Shown: one piece after another, positions 18,112-34,967 of the stretch
How the letters are laid out: every line of letters begins with the position of its first letter
Numbering within the stretch: the stretch's first letter is position 1
Assembly (NCBI RefSeq): GCF_009914755.1
Contig: NC_060935.1
Origin: the human T2T-CHM13v2.0 reference genome, Homo sapiens
Length of the DNA stretch: 64,000 nt
Reading direction: 5' to 3' (one strand)
Notes under the pieces: model-generated
Seen by the model: the letters and a program-made list of their open reading frames with translations, nothing else
The model's database searches: none
What the model was told of the DNA's origin: nothing
Translations under genes and position numbers: made by a program

Positions 18112-18589
18112 GGTATACATATATGTGTGTATATATATACACACACACACGTATATATATACACACACATATATACGTGTGTGTATATATACACGTGTAT
18201 ATGTGTATATACACGTGTATATGTATATATACACACGTGTATATATACACACGTGTATGTATATATACATATACACGTGTATATACACATATACACGTAT
18301 ATATGTGTATATACACATATACACGTATATATACACATATACGTGTATATGTATATATACACATATATACGTGTATATGTATATATACACATATATACGT
18401 GTATATGTATATATACGTGTGTGTGTATATATATATGAATATATATATATGAATATATATATGAATATATATATATGAATATATATATATGAATATATAT
18501 ATATGAATATATATATATGAATATATATATATGAATATATATATATGAATATATATATATGAATATATATATATGAATATATATATATG
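18112..18589. repeat. Compound AT-rich microsatellite (TATACA/TGTATA-type, then (GAATATATATATAT)n) expanded inside L1
   Basis: Directly visible; source of the spurious YI/HI-rich ORFs. Confidence 0.95.
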
Positions 18590-18707
18590 AGTGAGCTGTG
18601 ATTGTGCCACTGCACTCCAGCCTGGGCAACATAGTGAGACCCCGTCTCAAAAAAAAAAAAGTAGTCTACCCAAATAATTAGGTGACATCGTCTAAGTCAT
18701 TTGGCCT

Positions 18708-18711
<4 letters not shown>
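18590..18711 (+). repeat. Inverted copy of 20203-20331 (Alu 3' end, tail and 50 nt of flank)
   Basis: Reverse-complement alignment with ~9 substitutions over ~110 non-tail nt, including non-Alu flank. Confidence 0.92.
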
Positions 18712-18738
<27 letters not shown>

Positions 18739-18863
18739 GGAATACTACTCAACTATAAAAAGGAAATGAAATAATGGCATTTGCAGCAACCTAGATGGAA
18801 TTGGAGACCATTTTTCTAAGTGAAGTAACTCAGGAACAGAAAACCAAATATCATATGTTCTCA

Positions 18864-19298
<435 letters not shown>

Positions 19299-19573
19299 TC
19301 ATATTGCTTGGGTGATGGGAGCACCAAAATCTCAGAAATCACCACTAAAGAACTTATTCAGGTAATCAAACACCACCTGTTCCCCAAAACCTATGGAAAA
19401 CAAATTTAGCCATCTTTTCAGATTATTACATTTTTAAGAATTACAATGTTTACTGAGTTATTGTAATTAATCACTCTGATGGTGCTGGGCAAATGGGTCA
19501 TTTCACCTTGGGAGATCTTGTGAAAATAACATTCCTTTGTGTTTACCTTTAAATAAACAGTCAGAGCAGCTCA

Positions 19574-19729
<156 letters not shown>

Positions 19730-20252
19730 CTATGGAGAGGAAGAAACAGAGACACTAAATGACTGCTGCTTTGGGAATTGTAGCTACGAAACATTTCTCT
19801 AAAGAAAGCAAGTTCTTCTCTGTACATACATCATTCTCTTAAAGAAAGAACTGACACCAGGGAGATAATCCCATATTTCTCCTGGTTATACAAAAATAAT
19901 CTGAAGTTCACAAAAATAACCTACAAGTTCAGTTCAAAGCAAATAAAGGAAGGTAGATTCTTCTTTCAAATTCTCAATAATAATAACTATTATTTATTGA
20001 CTATAGACCATATGTCTGGTATTATGCTTAATGCTACATGTATATTTCTAATATTCACCACATTCCGACAAGGTACCTTTATGTCAGTTTTTACAAGTGA
20101 GAAAATCAGAGCTGAAAAAAGTAAGGCAGCTTGTTTATGATCCATAGCTGTAAAGCCAGATTTTGATCTCCATGGGCTTCAAAGCCTGTATTTCTACCAT
20201 AGTTTGAGGCCAAATGACTTGGACGATGTCACCTAATCATCTGGATAGACTA

Positions 20253-20590
<338 letters not shown>

Positions 20591-20956
20591 TGATTCATTC
20601 TGCTTTTAATCTTGCTAAAATGAACTGTTTACTATAGTCACAAATTTTCTTAATGAGAGAACCAATGGCTAAGCCCCTTGCAATTCATTTTTATTTTGAG
20701 AAAAGGCAGCTACTGCAATGGACTGATCAGCCCTCTACATCACAAAATGTAAAATAAAGAGAGAAGATGGCATTATAGTTACTGGGTTCCATTTTTAAAA
20801 AAAGACATAAAGCTTGCTAATATAATATAAATTCAGGACACAAACCCAAAGTTATTTTAAGTCTATCATTTAAAATTACCCTTTTTTCAGCATGTCAGGG
20901 GGTATAATGTGTTGATCTGTGATAGGGGGACAAATTAATTTAAATAAGCATGATAA

Positions 20957-21280
<324 letters not shown>

Positions 21281-21474
21281 ACAATACAACTTTTAAAAGG
21301 CAAAATTACAAAGATTTTTGCCTTTAAGTTATCCTTTGAGTGGCAGCTTTTAAAAATGGTTATTGACTAGTGCAACTGAAAAATAAATTTTAAATTTTAT
21401 ATAATGTCAACTAATTTAAGCAGTGGCATGTGGCTACTAGCTACATTGAACAGCATGATTGTAAGATTACTTCC

Positions 21475-22127
21475 TTTTTTTTTTTTAATTATACTTTAAG
21501 TTCTAGGGTACATGTGCACAACGTGCAGGTTTGTTACATATGTATACATGTGCCATGTTGGTTTGTGGCACCCATCAACTCATCATTTACATTAGGTATT
21601 CCTCCTAATGCTATCCTTCCCCCAGCCCCCAACCACCCTACAGGCCCTGGTGTGTGATGTTCCCCGCCCCGTGTCTAAGTGAACTCATTGTTCAATTCCC
21701 ACCTATGAGTGAGAACAGGCGGTGTTTGGTTTTCTGTCCTTGTGATAGCTTGCTCAGAATGATGGTTTCCAGCTGCATCCATGTCCCTGCAAAGGACATG
21801 ACCTCATCCTTTTTTATGGCTGCATAGTATTCCACGGTGTATATGTGCCACATTTTCTTAATCCAGTCTATCACTGATGGACATTTGGGTTGGTTCCAAG
21901 GCTTTGCTATTGTGAATAGTGCCGCAATAAACATATGTGTGCATGTGTCTTTATGGTAGCATGATTTATAATCCTTTGGGTATACACCCAGTCATAGGAT
22001 TGCTGGGTCAAATGGTAATTCTAGTTCTAGATCCTTGAGGAATTGCCACATTGCCTTCCACAATGGTTGAACTACTTTACATTCCCACTAACAGTGTAAA
22101 AGCATTCCTATTTCTCCACATCCTCTC
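21475..22127 (-). mobile_element. L1PA 3' fragment
   Basis: ttatactttaagttctagggtacatgtgcacaacgtgcagg 3'UTR signature. Confidence 0.9.
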
Positions 22128-22671
22128 CTTCAAGAATGAAGTTTATCAGATGGCTAAGAGCATTTCAACATTCAAAGTAGAAGGATTAGTACCAGCAAAA
22201 AATAGGGAGATACAAGAGCTAAGGCCAGGTGCAGTGGCTCATGCCTGTAATTTCAACCCTTTGGGAGGCCAAGGCAGGAGAATTGCTTGAGCCAGGAGTT
22301 TGAGACCAACTTGGACAACATAGTGAGACCCTGTCTCTACAGAAAAAAAAAAAAAAGAGCTAAAATGTTTCAGGAGTGGCAAGTGGCTTGAGACTCCAGT
22401 ATGGCTGGAGACTCCAGTGGGTAAAGGGTATAAGTGGGAGATGAAGTTAGAGAGGTCAGTCAGGGTCAGATTCTAACACCATGCTCAAGGCTGATGACAC
22501 ACTGTGGTCTAGTAGAAAAACATACAGGCTTTTTGTCAGATAGACTACGGTGAGAATTCCAGTTCTGCCACTTAATTATTTGTACTTAACCTCTTTAAGC
22601 TTTTGTTTCATGCTATGTAAAAGAGAGATAATACTATCTCATGCGGCTGGTAAAAGAATTAAATAAGACAG

Positions 22672-22977
<306 letters not shown>

Positions 22978-24325
22978 AATTAAACAAAATAATGAATTAA
23001 AAACAGTATTTAGTGTTCTATTAGTTTCAGCCATAAAAACACAAAACAAACAACCCCCCCAAGTATTTAATAAATGACAGATAAGATGTGAAGTCCCTAG
23101 CACACAGAAAATGGGTAATAAATGTGTAATAAATATTTCCTCTTTATCCTATAGGGAACACAGTATCAGTGATGACTGTGAAGGTGGGAAGTCATGAAAT
23201 CCTAACAGTTCCTAATGTCTTTCCCGTCCACCACCTCCTGTCCAATTCCACTGCAGGTACTCTCATTCAGGCATTCTGTCTCATGCTTCCCGTAGCCCAG
23301 TGGCTTCCTATCTGCTTCTCGTTATTCCCTCTTCAGTCTGCCCCACTGTAGGGTTGCCAGACACAGATTCCTAGAACACTCTTGTGATATGTGATTTCCT
23401 CTTCACCTGACATGAAAAGCCTTTCACAGATTGGCTGCAATGTGCCAGCCTGCCTTATCAACTCCTTTTCCACACAAATTCTCATCTAGTCAATTGGGTC
23501 CCTTGTAGCGCAAAAATGTGTTTTTCTGCACAGGTCATTCTTTCTACGCCCATTTTGTATCTTTTCTCTGCTTCTCAAAACACTATCTTTCAATCTCAGT
23601 TAAAACCCTTTATTCTTCATTATGGTTTTTCCCCACAATCTCATGTAAAAGTTTTCCCTGCTTCTTCCAAACTGTGGTAGCCCTCACTGGCTTACTACTG
23701 GGCTGATATAAACTACCTTGTATTTCAGTATCTTTTTTTGACCTGGAGAAAAGGAAAATCAGGAGTATGAACCTTCACACATATAAATAACTACTTGTGG
23801 AACAGGGATTGGACATAGTATGTATAGATTCTAGAAGATGCTAAGCCAATGAAAAGAGCATAAGGCTTGATAGAAAAAAGAACTTTGAAAAAACCAGAGC
23901 TGCCAGAAAAGAGAATCCCTGTCTTACAGGCCAGAAGAGTTTTGTCTCCTGTGAGTAAGAAGTGTTTTTGGAATATTTTTAACAGATACCAGTTAAGGAT
24001 GGTTCTGAGGGTATAACTACATCAGCTCTTCCTTATAAAAGCTCTAAGGAAACCATAAAATATATTAATTAAACCATAGGCTTTGGACTCAGGCAAATGT
24101 GAATTTGAATTCTGGCTCTAATACTTATTTGCTATATGTTCTTGCACAAAATATTCAAATCCTACTAGGCCTGTCTCAACATCTGTAAAATGAAGATAAT
24201 ACTTTCCTCTTGAGGTTGTCATTAAAATTAAGTAAGGTAAGTTATGTAAAATGCATAGCTGTCATGCCTGCAGCTACTAATATTATTAATACATTTGTTC
24301 TCTAATTCTCAATGCTTCAGGTTCA

Positions 24326-24514
<189 letters not shown>

Positions 24515-25084
24515 TTAATAGAAGTTTCAGCTGAACTATTCTCTCTTTAGTGAAACTTTCTGAGGTTCTAAATGTGGAAGGAGATATGTTAAACAAAAGA
24601 CTCACATTAAACAAAAGACTACTGAATAAATATTTCCCAATTATACTACCCCTCCTCTGGGATGCTAACAACCAGTATTCAGAAACACACTACTGACACT
24701 GATTGTGATCTCATTCATGTATTCAACAAACATTTATTGGTCACTTATTATGTGCTAGGTCCTGGAAGATATAGAGGTGGCTAAGCTAACACAATCTGTA
24801 CTCTTGTATTATTTATAGTCTGATAGGGAGAAAAAAGGGTATAATTCAATGAGTTAAATATTATATATCGATTTTGCAAAAAATTCACAGATACACCCAC
24901 TTCCAATAAACAAAAATACGTGTATTTAGGACTAATTATGGTGATATTAGTTCTATATCGAATACAAAAAATGAATAAAACACAGTTTACAAACTAATAG
25001 GAAGATAAGCATATAAGTAACTATAAACTCAGAATTTTGAAGGAACAAATACTCCTTTTTTTTTTGAAATCCCACGCTGGTATC

Positions 25085-25353
25085 TTTTTTTTTTTTTTTT
25101 TTGAGGTGGAGTTTTGCTCTTATTGCCCAGGCTGGAGTGCCATGGCATGATCTAGGCTCACTGCAACCTCTGCCTCCTGGGTTCAAGTGATTCTCCTGCC
25201 TTAGCTTCCCTAGTAGCTGGGATTATAGGTGCCTGCCACCATGCCTGGCTAATTTTTGTATTTTTAGAGATGGGGTTTCACCATGTTGGCCAGGCTGGTC
25301 TCTAACTCCTTAGGTGATCCACCCACCTTGGCCTCCCAAAGTGCTGGGATTAC
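25085..25353 (-). mobile_element. AluS
   Basis: Near-full dimer. Confidence 0.93.
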
Positions 25354-25733
25354 TGGTCCCTTTTTTGATAGCAATTTTTACTTTCTAACTTTCTTTCAGG
25401 TCCTTGTATAAATTCCATATTTTCCCTCAAAGTTTAGGCTCCTTGAGGGCAAAGTATGCATATATTTCTGTTTCTCCTACAGTAATTAACATTTAATAAG
25501 CACCTGTTAGTGAACTTAATGATTTCTTAATGAACATGATGCCAGGTACTGTAATACACATTTTATTTATTATTTCTTTCCATGTTGCTTCCTTTCAAGC
25601 TAGCTGCTATACTTTTTTCCTTAATTTCTCAAGAAAATAGTATATAATCACTACCTTCAAATTAGACAGTGTTCTTATATTATTTTGAACAAGCAGATAG
25701 TTAACATTCCCTTCCTCACCTTTCCTTAGGCTA

Positions 25734-25945
25734 CAGCAGGGTTTCTCAATCTCAGCCCTGCTGACATGTTGGGTCAGACAATTCTTTATCTTTGGGACTG
25801 TCCTATGCATTTCAGATCCCTGGCCTCCACTTACCAGATGCCAGTAGCACGTTCCCAGTTGTGACAACCGAGAAATGTCTCCAGACACTGTAAATGTCTC
25901 ATGGGGTTGGGGTGGGGAAAAATCACCCCCTCCTTGAAAACCATC
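25734..25945. mobile_element. MER20 (hAT-Charlie)
   Basis: ggtttctcaatctcagc...cagatgccagtagc...gtgacaacc..aaatgtctccagaca. Confidence 0.85.
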
Positions 25946-27808
25946 AATCTATAGTAACTCTCAAAGGTCAGAACAGCTTCCTAACTGCCATAATCCAACT
26001 AACAACTTCCCAGTCGACATGGCCTCTCTGCAGCTTCTGCAGCCCAGGAGTTTGAGACCTACTTCATTTTGAAACTTTACTTTTTGTTCTTTTATATAAC
26101 TGTATTATTTGTCACATATACACTCCCCTTTGTATACCCTTAAAGTTATGAAAATTTTTCCAGTTGCTTGTTATTCCCCACTTTGTACACCCTTAAAAGT
26201 TATGAAGACTTTTCCACTTTTTACTCTTTTTTGAAATTAATATTTATTTGAATTTATTCACCTGTCTATGATATACTAAAAGGGCTAAAATTTGCCTGTG
26301 TTCCTTGGCCATAAAATAAGCCTATTCTCATGACTATCCTTTTCTTTTTCTTCTTAGACATAATTTTAAATAAAAGAATACACATACCTATTTTGAAAGT
26401 CAAATACGACTACAAGGCTTATAATAAAAAACAGTAGCTGACTGACTCCTCAGAGGTGATCACTTTCAATTCCCTTGGATGCTTCTTCTGGTATTTACCT
26501 TCATATTTCTCTTTTTAAAAATTGTATTAGAGACATGGTATTGCTTTATTGCCCAGCCTGGAGTGCACTGGTGTGATCATAGCTCACTGAAGCCTCGAAC
26601 TCCTGGGCTCAAGGGTTCCTCCTGTCTCAGCCTCCCTAGTAGTAGCTAGGATTACAGGTGCACACCAATACACTCGGCTAATTAAAAATTTTTGTAGAGA
26701 CTGGGCCTCATTATGTTGCCCAGGCTGGTCTTGAACTAAACGATCTGACATAGCCTCCCAAAATACTGGAATTACAGGTGTGAGCCCCCATGCCTGGCTT
26801 TACCTCTATATTTTGAAGTGACACATTAATATACTGTTATTTTCTGATTTTTCACTTTTCTGTATGATCTATGAACTTCCTATTATGAAAAATGAAGGAC
26901 CCACTCTCTTATACCATTACACTTGAACCACACATTTCCCTTTTACCCATCTTCTCTATTTAGTTATATTACAAATTTTTTGGTTAAATTAATTTTCAGG
27001 GTTAATATTGTATCAGAGCCAAGTACAGTATAATTTATTGCACCTTTTTTCTTATACAACTAATTATCCCTGGTATAAATTAACTGCCTTTTCATTTGCT
27101 TAGTTTTCTTTGACTCTATTACTACTTTACGAGTGAACTCTTCAAGAGAATTGAAAATTTCCTTTGAGAGAACTTAAAATTTGGTCAATATATGTTCCAT
27201 TCCCCTCCACCTCTGCACTCCTTAGAAACATCCCTACTGAAGTCAGGGATGCCCCAATATGGACTGTTTGCTCTCTCTCTATGACATATACCCGAAATCT
27301 CCTTCTATCCCTCTTCTGTGTTGTAGCCCCTATTTCTTAGACTATATGTCTTACTCTTTCTTCCTAAAATAAATGTTCAGTAGAAGACATTTTCCTGTGG
27401 TTTTCTGAGGAATAGTGCAAGACAGGTAAACTTCTGAGACTATGGATAAATAAAGTTATTTTTACTCTACCCTCACACTTGATTAATAGTTTGATTAGGA
27501 GTGGAATTTTAGGTTGAAAATAATTTTACTTCAGAATCTTAAGACATTTCTGCACTGAATTCCAAGGAACTGGTAGAAAATCTGATGTCATTCCAATTCC
27601 TGATACTGTATATGTGACCTTTATTCTTTCTCCCTCTCTGGAAGCTTTTAATATGGTCTCTCAGTATTTTAAAATTTCATAATTATGTGTCTTGGTGTAT
27701 CTTTTTTCATTCACTGTTCTGAGTTCTTGATCTTTCTTTTTCCATAAACAGCTTTATTGAGATATAATTCACATACCATACAATCTTCCCATTTAAAGTG
27801 AGCAATTT

Positions 27809-28143
<335 letters not shown>

Positions 28144-29177
28144 TTAGTATGTTCATAAATGTGACCAACCATCACCACTCAATTTTAAAACATTTTCATC
28201 ATCTCAAAAAGAAACTCCATAACCTTCAGCTATCACTACCCTACCCATCATCACTCCCAGCCCTAAGGAACTATTAATCTATTTTCTGTTTCTATAGATT
28301 TGCCTATTTGGACATTTCATCTAAATGAAATAAAAGTATATATATTTGTTTGTGACTGGCTTCTTTTTATCTGAGACAAGGTCTTGCTCTACAACCCAGG
28401 CTGGAGTACAGTGTTGCAATCACAGCTTACTGCAGCCTCAACCTCCCAGTCTCAACTGATCCTCCTACCTCAGCCTTCTGAGTAGGCAGGACCACAGGCA
28501 TACGCCACCACACCAGGCTAATTTTTTACTTTTTGTAGAGATGGGGTCTCCCCCTGTTGCCCAGGCTGGTCTTGAACTCCTGAGCTAAAGCGATTCTCCC
28601 AACTCGGCCTGCCAGATCACAGGTGTGAGCTACCACACTGCGCCCGGCCTGGCTTCTTTCAATTAGCATGTTTTTAAGGTTCATCCATGCTGTAGCATGT
28701 AGCAGTACTTCACCTTGATGGCCAAAGGTGAAAACACTACTCTACTGTATGGATACTCCAGATTTCTTAATCCATTCATCAGCTGATAGACATTTAGGTT
28801 GTTTCAATATTGGGGTTGCTTAATTTTTTTTTTTTTTTGCATGTGACTATCCAGTTGAATAATGCTGGTATGAACATTCATGTACACATTTTTACATAGA
28901 TGTATGTTGTAGTTTCCCTTGGGTATATAGCTAGGAGTTGAATTGCTGGGTCACATGGTAAACATTTGTTTAAAAATTTTATTGTTTTCTGTCATATGGT
29001 AAATCTATAGGTACGAGTTTGAGGAGTGGACAGACTATTTTCCAAAGTAGCTTCATCATTTTACATTCCTGCCAGCAGTGTACCAGGGTTTCAAATTCTC
29101 CACATCCTCATTAATGCATAGACTATTTGACTTTAGTGGGTGTGAAGTAGTATCTCATTGTCTTGATTTCCCGATAA

Positions 29178-29508
<331 letters not shown>

Positions 29509-29884
29509 CATATTGGCTATCTTAATATATTTTTTGGACAAATGTTTATTCAGATCCATTGCCCATATTTTTAATTGGATTATTTGTTCCTTAATTATTA
29601 AGTCATATAAGTTATTTATATGTTCTATATATAAGTCCTGTATCAGATGTAAGATTTGTAAATATTTTTTCCCTTTCTGTGGTGTCTTCTCACTTTCATA
29701 GTGTCCTTTGAAGCACATACGTTTTTAATTTTGATGGAATCCAATTTATGTATCTTTTCTTGTTTGTGCTTTTGGTGTCATATCTAAGAATCATTTCCCA
29801 AATTCAAGGTCACAGATTTACCTTTATGTTTTCTCTAAGAGTTTTATAGTTTTAGCTCTTCCATTTAGCTGTTTGATACATTTT

Positions 29885-31519
29885 ATTTATTTATTTATTT
29901 ATTTATTTTTTATTGATCATTCTTGGGTGTTTCTCGCAGAGGGGGATTTGGCAGGGTCATAGGACAATAGTGGAGGGAAGGTCAGCAGATAAACAAGTGA
30001 ACAAAGGTCTCTGGTTTTCCTAGGCAGAGGACCCTGCGGCCTTCCGCAGTGTTTGTGTCCCTGGGTACTTGAGATTAGGGAGTGGTGATGACTCTTAACG
30101 AGCATGCTGCCTTCAAGCATCTGTTTAACAAAGCACATCTTGCACCGCCCTTAATCCATTCAACCCTGAGTGGACACAGCACATGTTTCAGAGAGCACAG
30201 GGTTGGGGATAAGGTCATAGATCAACAGGATCCCAAGGCAGAAGAATTTTTCGTAGTACAGAACAAAATGAAAAGTCTCCCATGTCTACTTCTTTCTACA
30301 CAGACACAGCAACCATCCGATTTCTCAATCTTTTCCCCACCTTTCCCCCTTTCCTATTCCACAAAACCGCCATTGTCATCATGGCCCGTTCTCAATGAGC
30401 TGTTGGGTACACCTCCCAGACAGGGTGGTGGCCGGGCAGAGGGGCTCCTCACTTCCCAGTAGGGGCGGCCGGGCAGAGGCGCCCCTCACCTCCCGGACGG
30501 GGCGGCTGGCCGGGCGGGGAGCTGACCCCTCACCTCCCTCCGGGACGGGGTGGCTGCCGGGCGGAGACGCTCCTCACTTCCCAGACGGGGTGGCTGCTGG
30601 GCGGAGGGGCTCCTCACTTCTCAGACGGGGCGGCTGCTGGGCGGAGGGGCTCCTCACTTCTCAGATGGGGTGGCTGCCGGGCAGAGGTCTCCTCATTTCT
30701 CAGACGGGGCGGCTGGGCAGAGACGGTCCTCACCTCCCAGACGGGGTCGCGGCCGGGCAGAGGCGCTCCTCACATCCCAGACGGGGCGGCGGGGCAGAGG
30801 CGCTCCCCACATCTCAGACGATGGGTGGCCGGGCAGAGACACTCCTCACTTCCTAGATGGGATGGCGGCCGGGAAGAGGCGCTCCTCACTTCCTAGATGG
30901 GATGGCGGGCGGGCAGAGACGCTCCTCACTTTCCAGACTGGGCAGCCAGGCAGAGGGGATCCTCACATCCCAGACGATGGGCGGCCAGGCAGAGACGCTC
31001 CTCACTTCCCAGACGGGGTGGCGGCCGGGCAGAGGCTGCAATCTCGGCACTTTGGGAGGCCAAGGCAGGCGGCTGGGAGGTGGAGGTTGTAGCGAGCCGA
31101 TATCACGCCACTGCACTCCAGCCTGGGCACCATTGAGCACTGCGTGAACGAGACTCCGTCTGCAATCCCGGCACCTCGTGAGGCCGAGGCTGGCGGATCA
31201 CTCGCGGTTAGGAGCTGCAGACCAGCCCGGCCAACACAGAGAAACCCCATCTCCACCAAAAAAATACGAAAACCAGTCAGGCGTGGCGGCGCGCGCCTGC
31301 AATCGCAGGCACTCGGCAGGCTGAGGCAGGAGAATCAGGCAGGGAGGTTGCAGTGAGCCGAGATGGCAGCAGTACAGTCCAGCTTCAGCTCGGCATCAGA
31401 GGGAGACCGTGGAAAGAGAGGGAGACGGAGACCGTGGGGAGAGGGAGAGGGAGAGGGAGACCGTGGGGAGGGGGAGAGGGAGAGGGAGAGGGAGAGGGGA
31501 GAGGGGAGAGGGGAGAGGG
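29885..31519 (-). mobile_element. Full-length SVA retrotransposon (hexamer, Alu-like, VNTR, SINE-R, polyA), same sense as C2CD3, intron 7
   Basis: (GAGAGG)n at ~31400-31519, Alu-like ~31030-31390, GC-rich VNTR ~30420-31030, SINE-R ~29915-30400, T-rich tail; TSD gctgtttgat(a/c)catttt at 29868-29884 and 31520-31536. Confidence 0.96.
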
Positions 31520-31575
31520 GCTGTTTGATCCATTTTGAGTTAATTTTTGTACATGGTGTGAGATAAGGGTCCAAC

Positions 31576-31880
31576 TTTTTTTTTTTTTTTTTAGAAACAG
31601 GTCTCGCTTTGTCGCTGAAGCTGGAATACGGTGGTGTAATCCTAGCTCATTGTATCCTTGAACTCCTGGGCTCAAGTAATCCTCCTGCCTCAGTCTCCTG
31701 AGTAGCTAGGACTACAGTCATATGCCACCATACCTAGCTAATCTTTTTTATTTTTATTTTTTGTAGAGATGGGGGTTTCACTATGTAGTCCAGGCTGGTC
31801 TCAAACTCCTGGCCTCAAATGACCCTACTGCCTCAGCCTCCCAAAATGTTGGGATTACACCATGAGCCACCGTGCCTGGT
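31576..31880 (-). mobile_element. AluJ-like
   Basis: Full dimer. Confidence 0.92.
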
Positions 31881-32415
31881 CCCAACTTCTTTTTTTCTGC
31901 ATGGGGCTATCCAGTTGTTCCAGCACCATTTGTTGAAAATACTATTTGTTGCCCCATTGATTGGTCTTCACAGCCTTGTCTAACTCATATTAGTTGACCA
32001 CAGACAGATGGGTTTTTTTCTAAACTATCAACTCTATTCCATTGATTTATATGTCTATCCTTATGCCAGTATCACACTGACTTGATTAGTGTTGTTCTGT
32101 AGTAAGCTTTAAAATTGGAAAGTGTGAGTCCTACTTTCTTTTTTTTCAAGATTGTTTTGGCTGTTCTGGGTCCCCTGCAATTTCCTATGAATTTGAGAAA
32201 CAGCTTGTCAATTTCCACAAAGAAGTCAGCTGGGATTCTGATATTGTGTTGAAAGATAAACATAGGATTTTTTCCATGTATTTAAATCTTCTTTATTTCA
32301 ACAATGTTTTATAGTTTTTGATTTTTTATTTTTTTGAGACAAGATCTCACTATGTCACCCAGACTGGAGTGTAGTAATCATGGCTCACTGTTGCTCAAGG
32401 GATTCTCCTGCCTCA

Positions 32416-32712
<297 letters not shown>

Positions 32713-33065
32713 TTATAGATACAGATATAGATAATGGTGGATCACATATATTGAATTTCAGGTGTCAAACTAACTCTCATTCCTGGAATAAATCCTGCTT
32801 GGTCATAGTATAAAATTATTTTTATATGTTGCTGGGTTCGGTTTGCAAGTATTTTCTGGAGTATGTTGTGTTGTTACTTCCCTGTAATAGAAATCTAAAC
32901 TTCAGATCAAACTAATTGGAGGTTTTGTTTTTCTTTCTTTTTTTTTTTGAGATGGAGTCTTACTCCTTCTATCATCCAGGCCAGAGTGCAGTAGCATGTT
33001 CTCGGCTCATTGCAACCTCTGCCTCCAGGTTTCAAGCAATTCTCCTGCCTCAGCCTCCTGAGTAG

Positions 33066-33218
<153 letters not shown>

Positions 33219-33380
33219 TGAAACACATGTTCTCCCATAACCTTTAAAACTTCGGCACATATTGCTTTTAACCACTATGCCCTATTAACTTTCCAAGACA
33301 TGAATGTAGACAGTATCTTTTATTCAAGAGACAATAAATAGATGAGTCTGGTTGGAGGGCACATGTTATTCACAATGTTA

Positions 33381-33803
<423 letters not shown>

Positions 33804-34192
33804 TTAGGTACAATTCCAATTTTACCAATGCCTCTGAAGTTCAGAGATACCTGCTTAAGGCCACAAAGCTAATTAGAGATGAACCTCGAATTTCCACTTG
33901 TATCTGTTTAAAATCCATGCTCTTTTCATCATACCATGTTAACACTGGTATTGGGGAAAGAGTTGGGAGATAAGAACGGTAAGGTAGAATGGGATCATTC
34001 TGTAAGTGAAGCCAAAAGTAAAGGGCTAAAGTATGGAGTTTTATTTAGTAGGCAATAGTGATAGTTTAAGGAATAGGGAAGGGCTTGGTTAGTCTAAGGA
34101 CATGTTACTTTAGGAAGATGAATCTGATAACAATGCATACTATGAATTGGAGGAAGAGTTTAAAAGGAAGAAAGCCAGTTAATAGTGCTTAC

Positions 34193-34321
34193 CTGCCTAA
34201 TAGCAGCTGTATAGCTCTGGTATCAGCTTTTGTGTCATGTCTCCAAAATGTATTCTCAGTTGAAGGGAGGAGGTGATCTTCAATGTGGTCTTTAAACCGA
34301 TTCCTAGAAAAGGCTCTGATC
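34193..34321 (-). CDS. C2CD3: C2CD3 exon 7 (129 nt): [42 protein letters not shown](S)
   Basis: cttag|G acceptor, AG|gtaagc donor; symmetric phase 2. Confidence 0.95.
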
Positions 34322-34772
34322 CTAAGGTGTGGAAAAATACTTTCTCACTGAGTGGCTAACAGATGGAAAAAATCTAAATCATAATCACTTCGTACATGCA
34401 GCTGGTCTGACTCAGAAAATTTAACATACTTTAGACTTAACTGCCTTAAATAAAACTTTACACTTTGCAAAGCTCTTTCCTACAGTAGAATCCCATCTCA
34501 TTTCTGTGAGGTAGGGAGAGAATATCCCCATTTTACATCCAAGGATACCAGTTCGGAGACAGTAAAGAATTTACCCATTTACACATGCTGCCAGTACCAG
34601 TGCTAGGATAAGATTTTTAGTATCTTAACTCCTAGTGTAGGCTTCTTTCCCACCACATCAGGAATTATTTGATAAGCATTTCCAAGATTACCTAGTCCAT
34701 AACTTGACAAAAAACACAGGTTAACAACTATTAAGAAATGAACTGTTAAGGTTCTGTCTATCCTGTAACTTA

Positions 34773-34967
<195 letters not shown>

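Noticed and set aside
17910-18650. Several 100-210 aa ORFs rich in Y/I/H/T
   Set aside because: They are translations of the AT-rich microsatellite
30082-31675. Cluster of GC-rich ORFs
   Set aside because: They are translations of the SVA VNTR and Alu-like domains; SVA is non-coding
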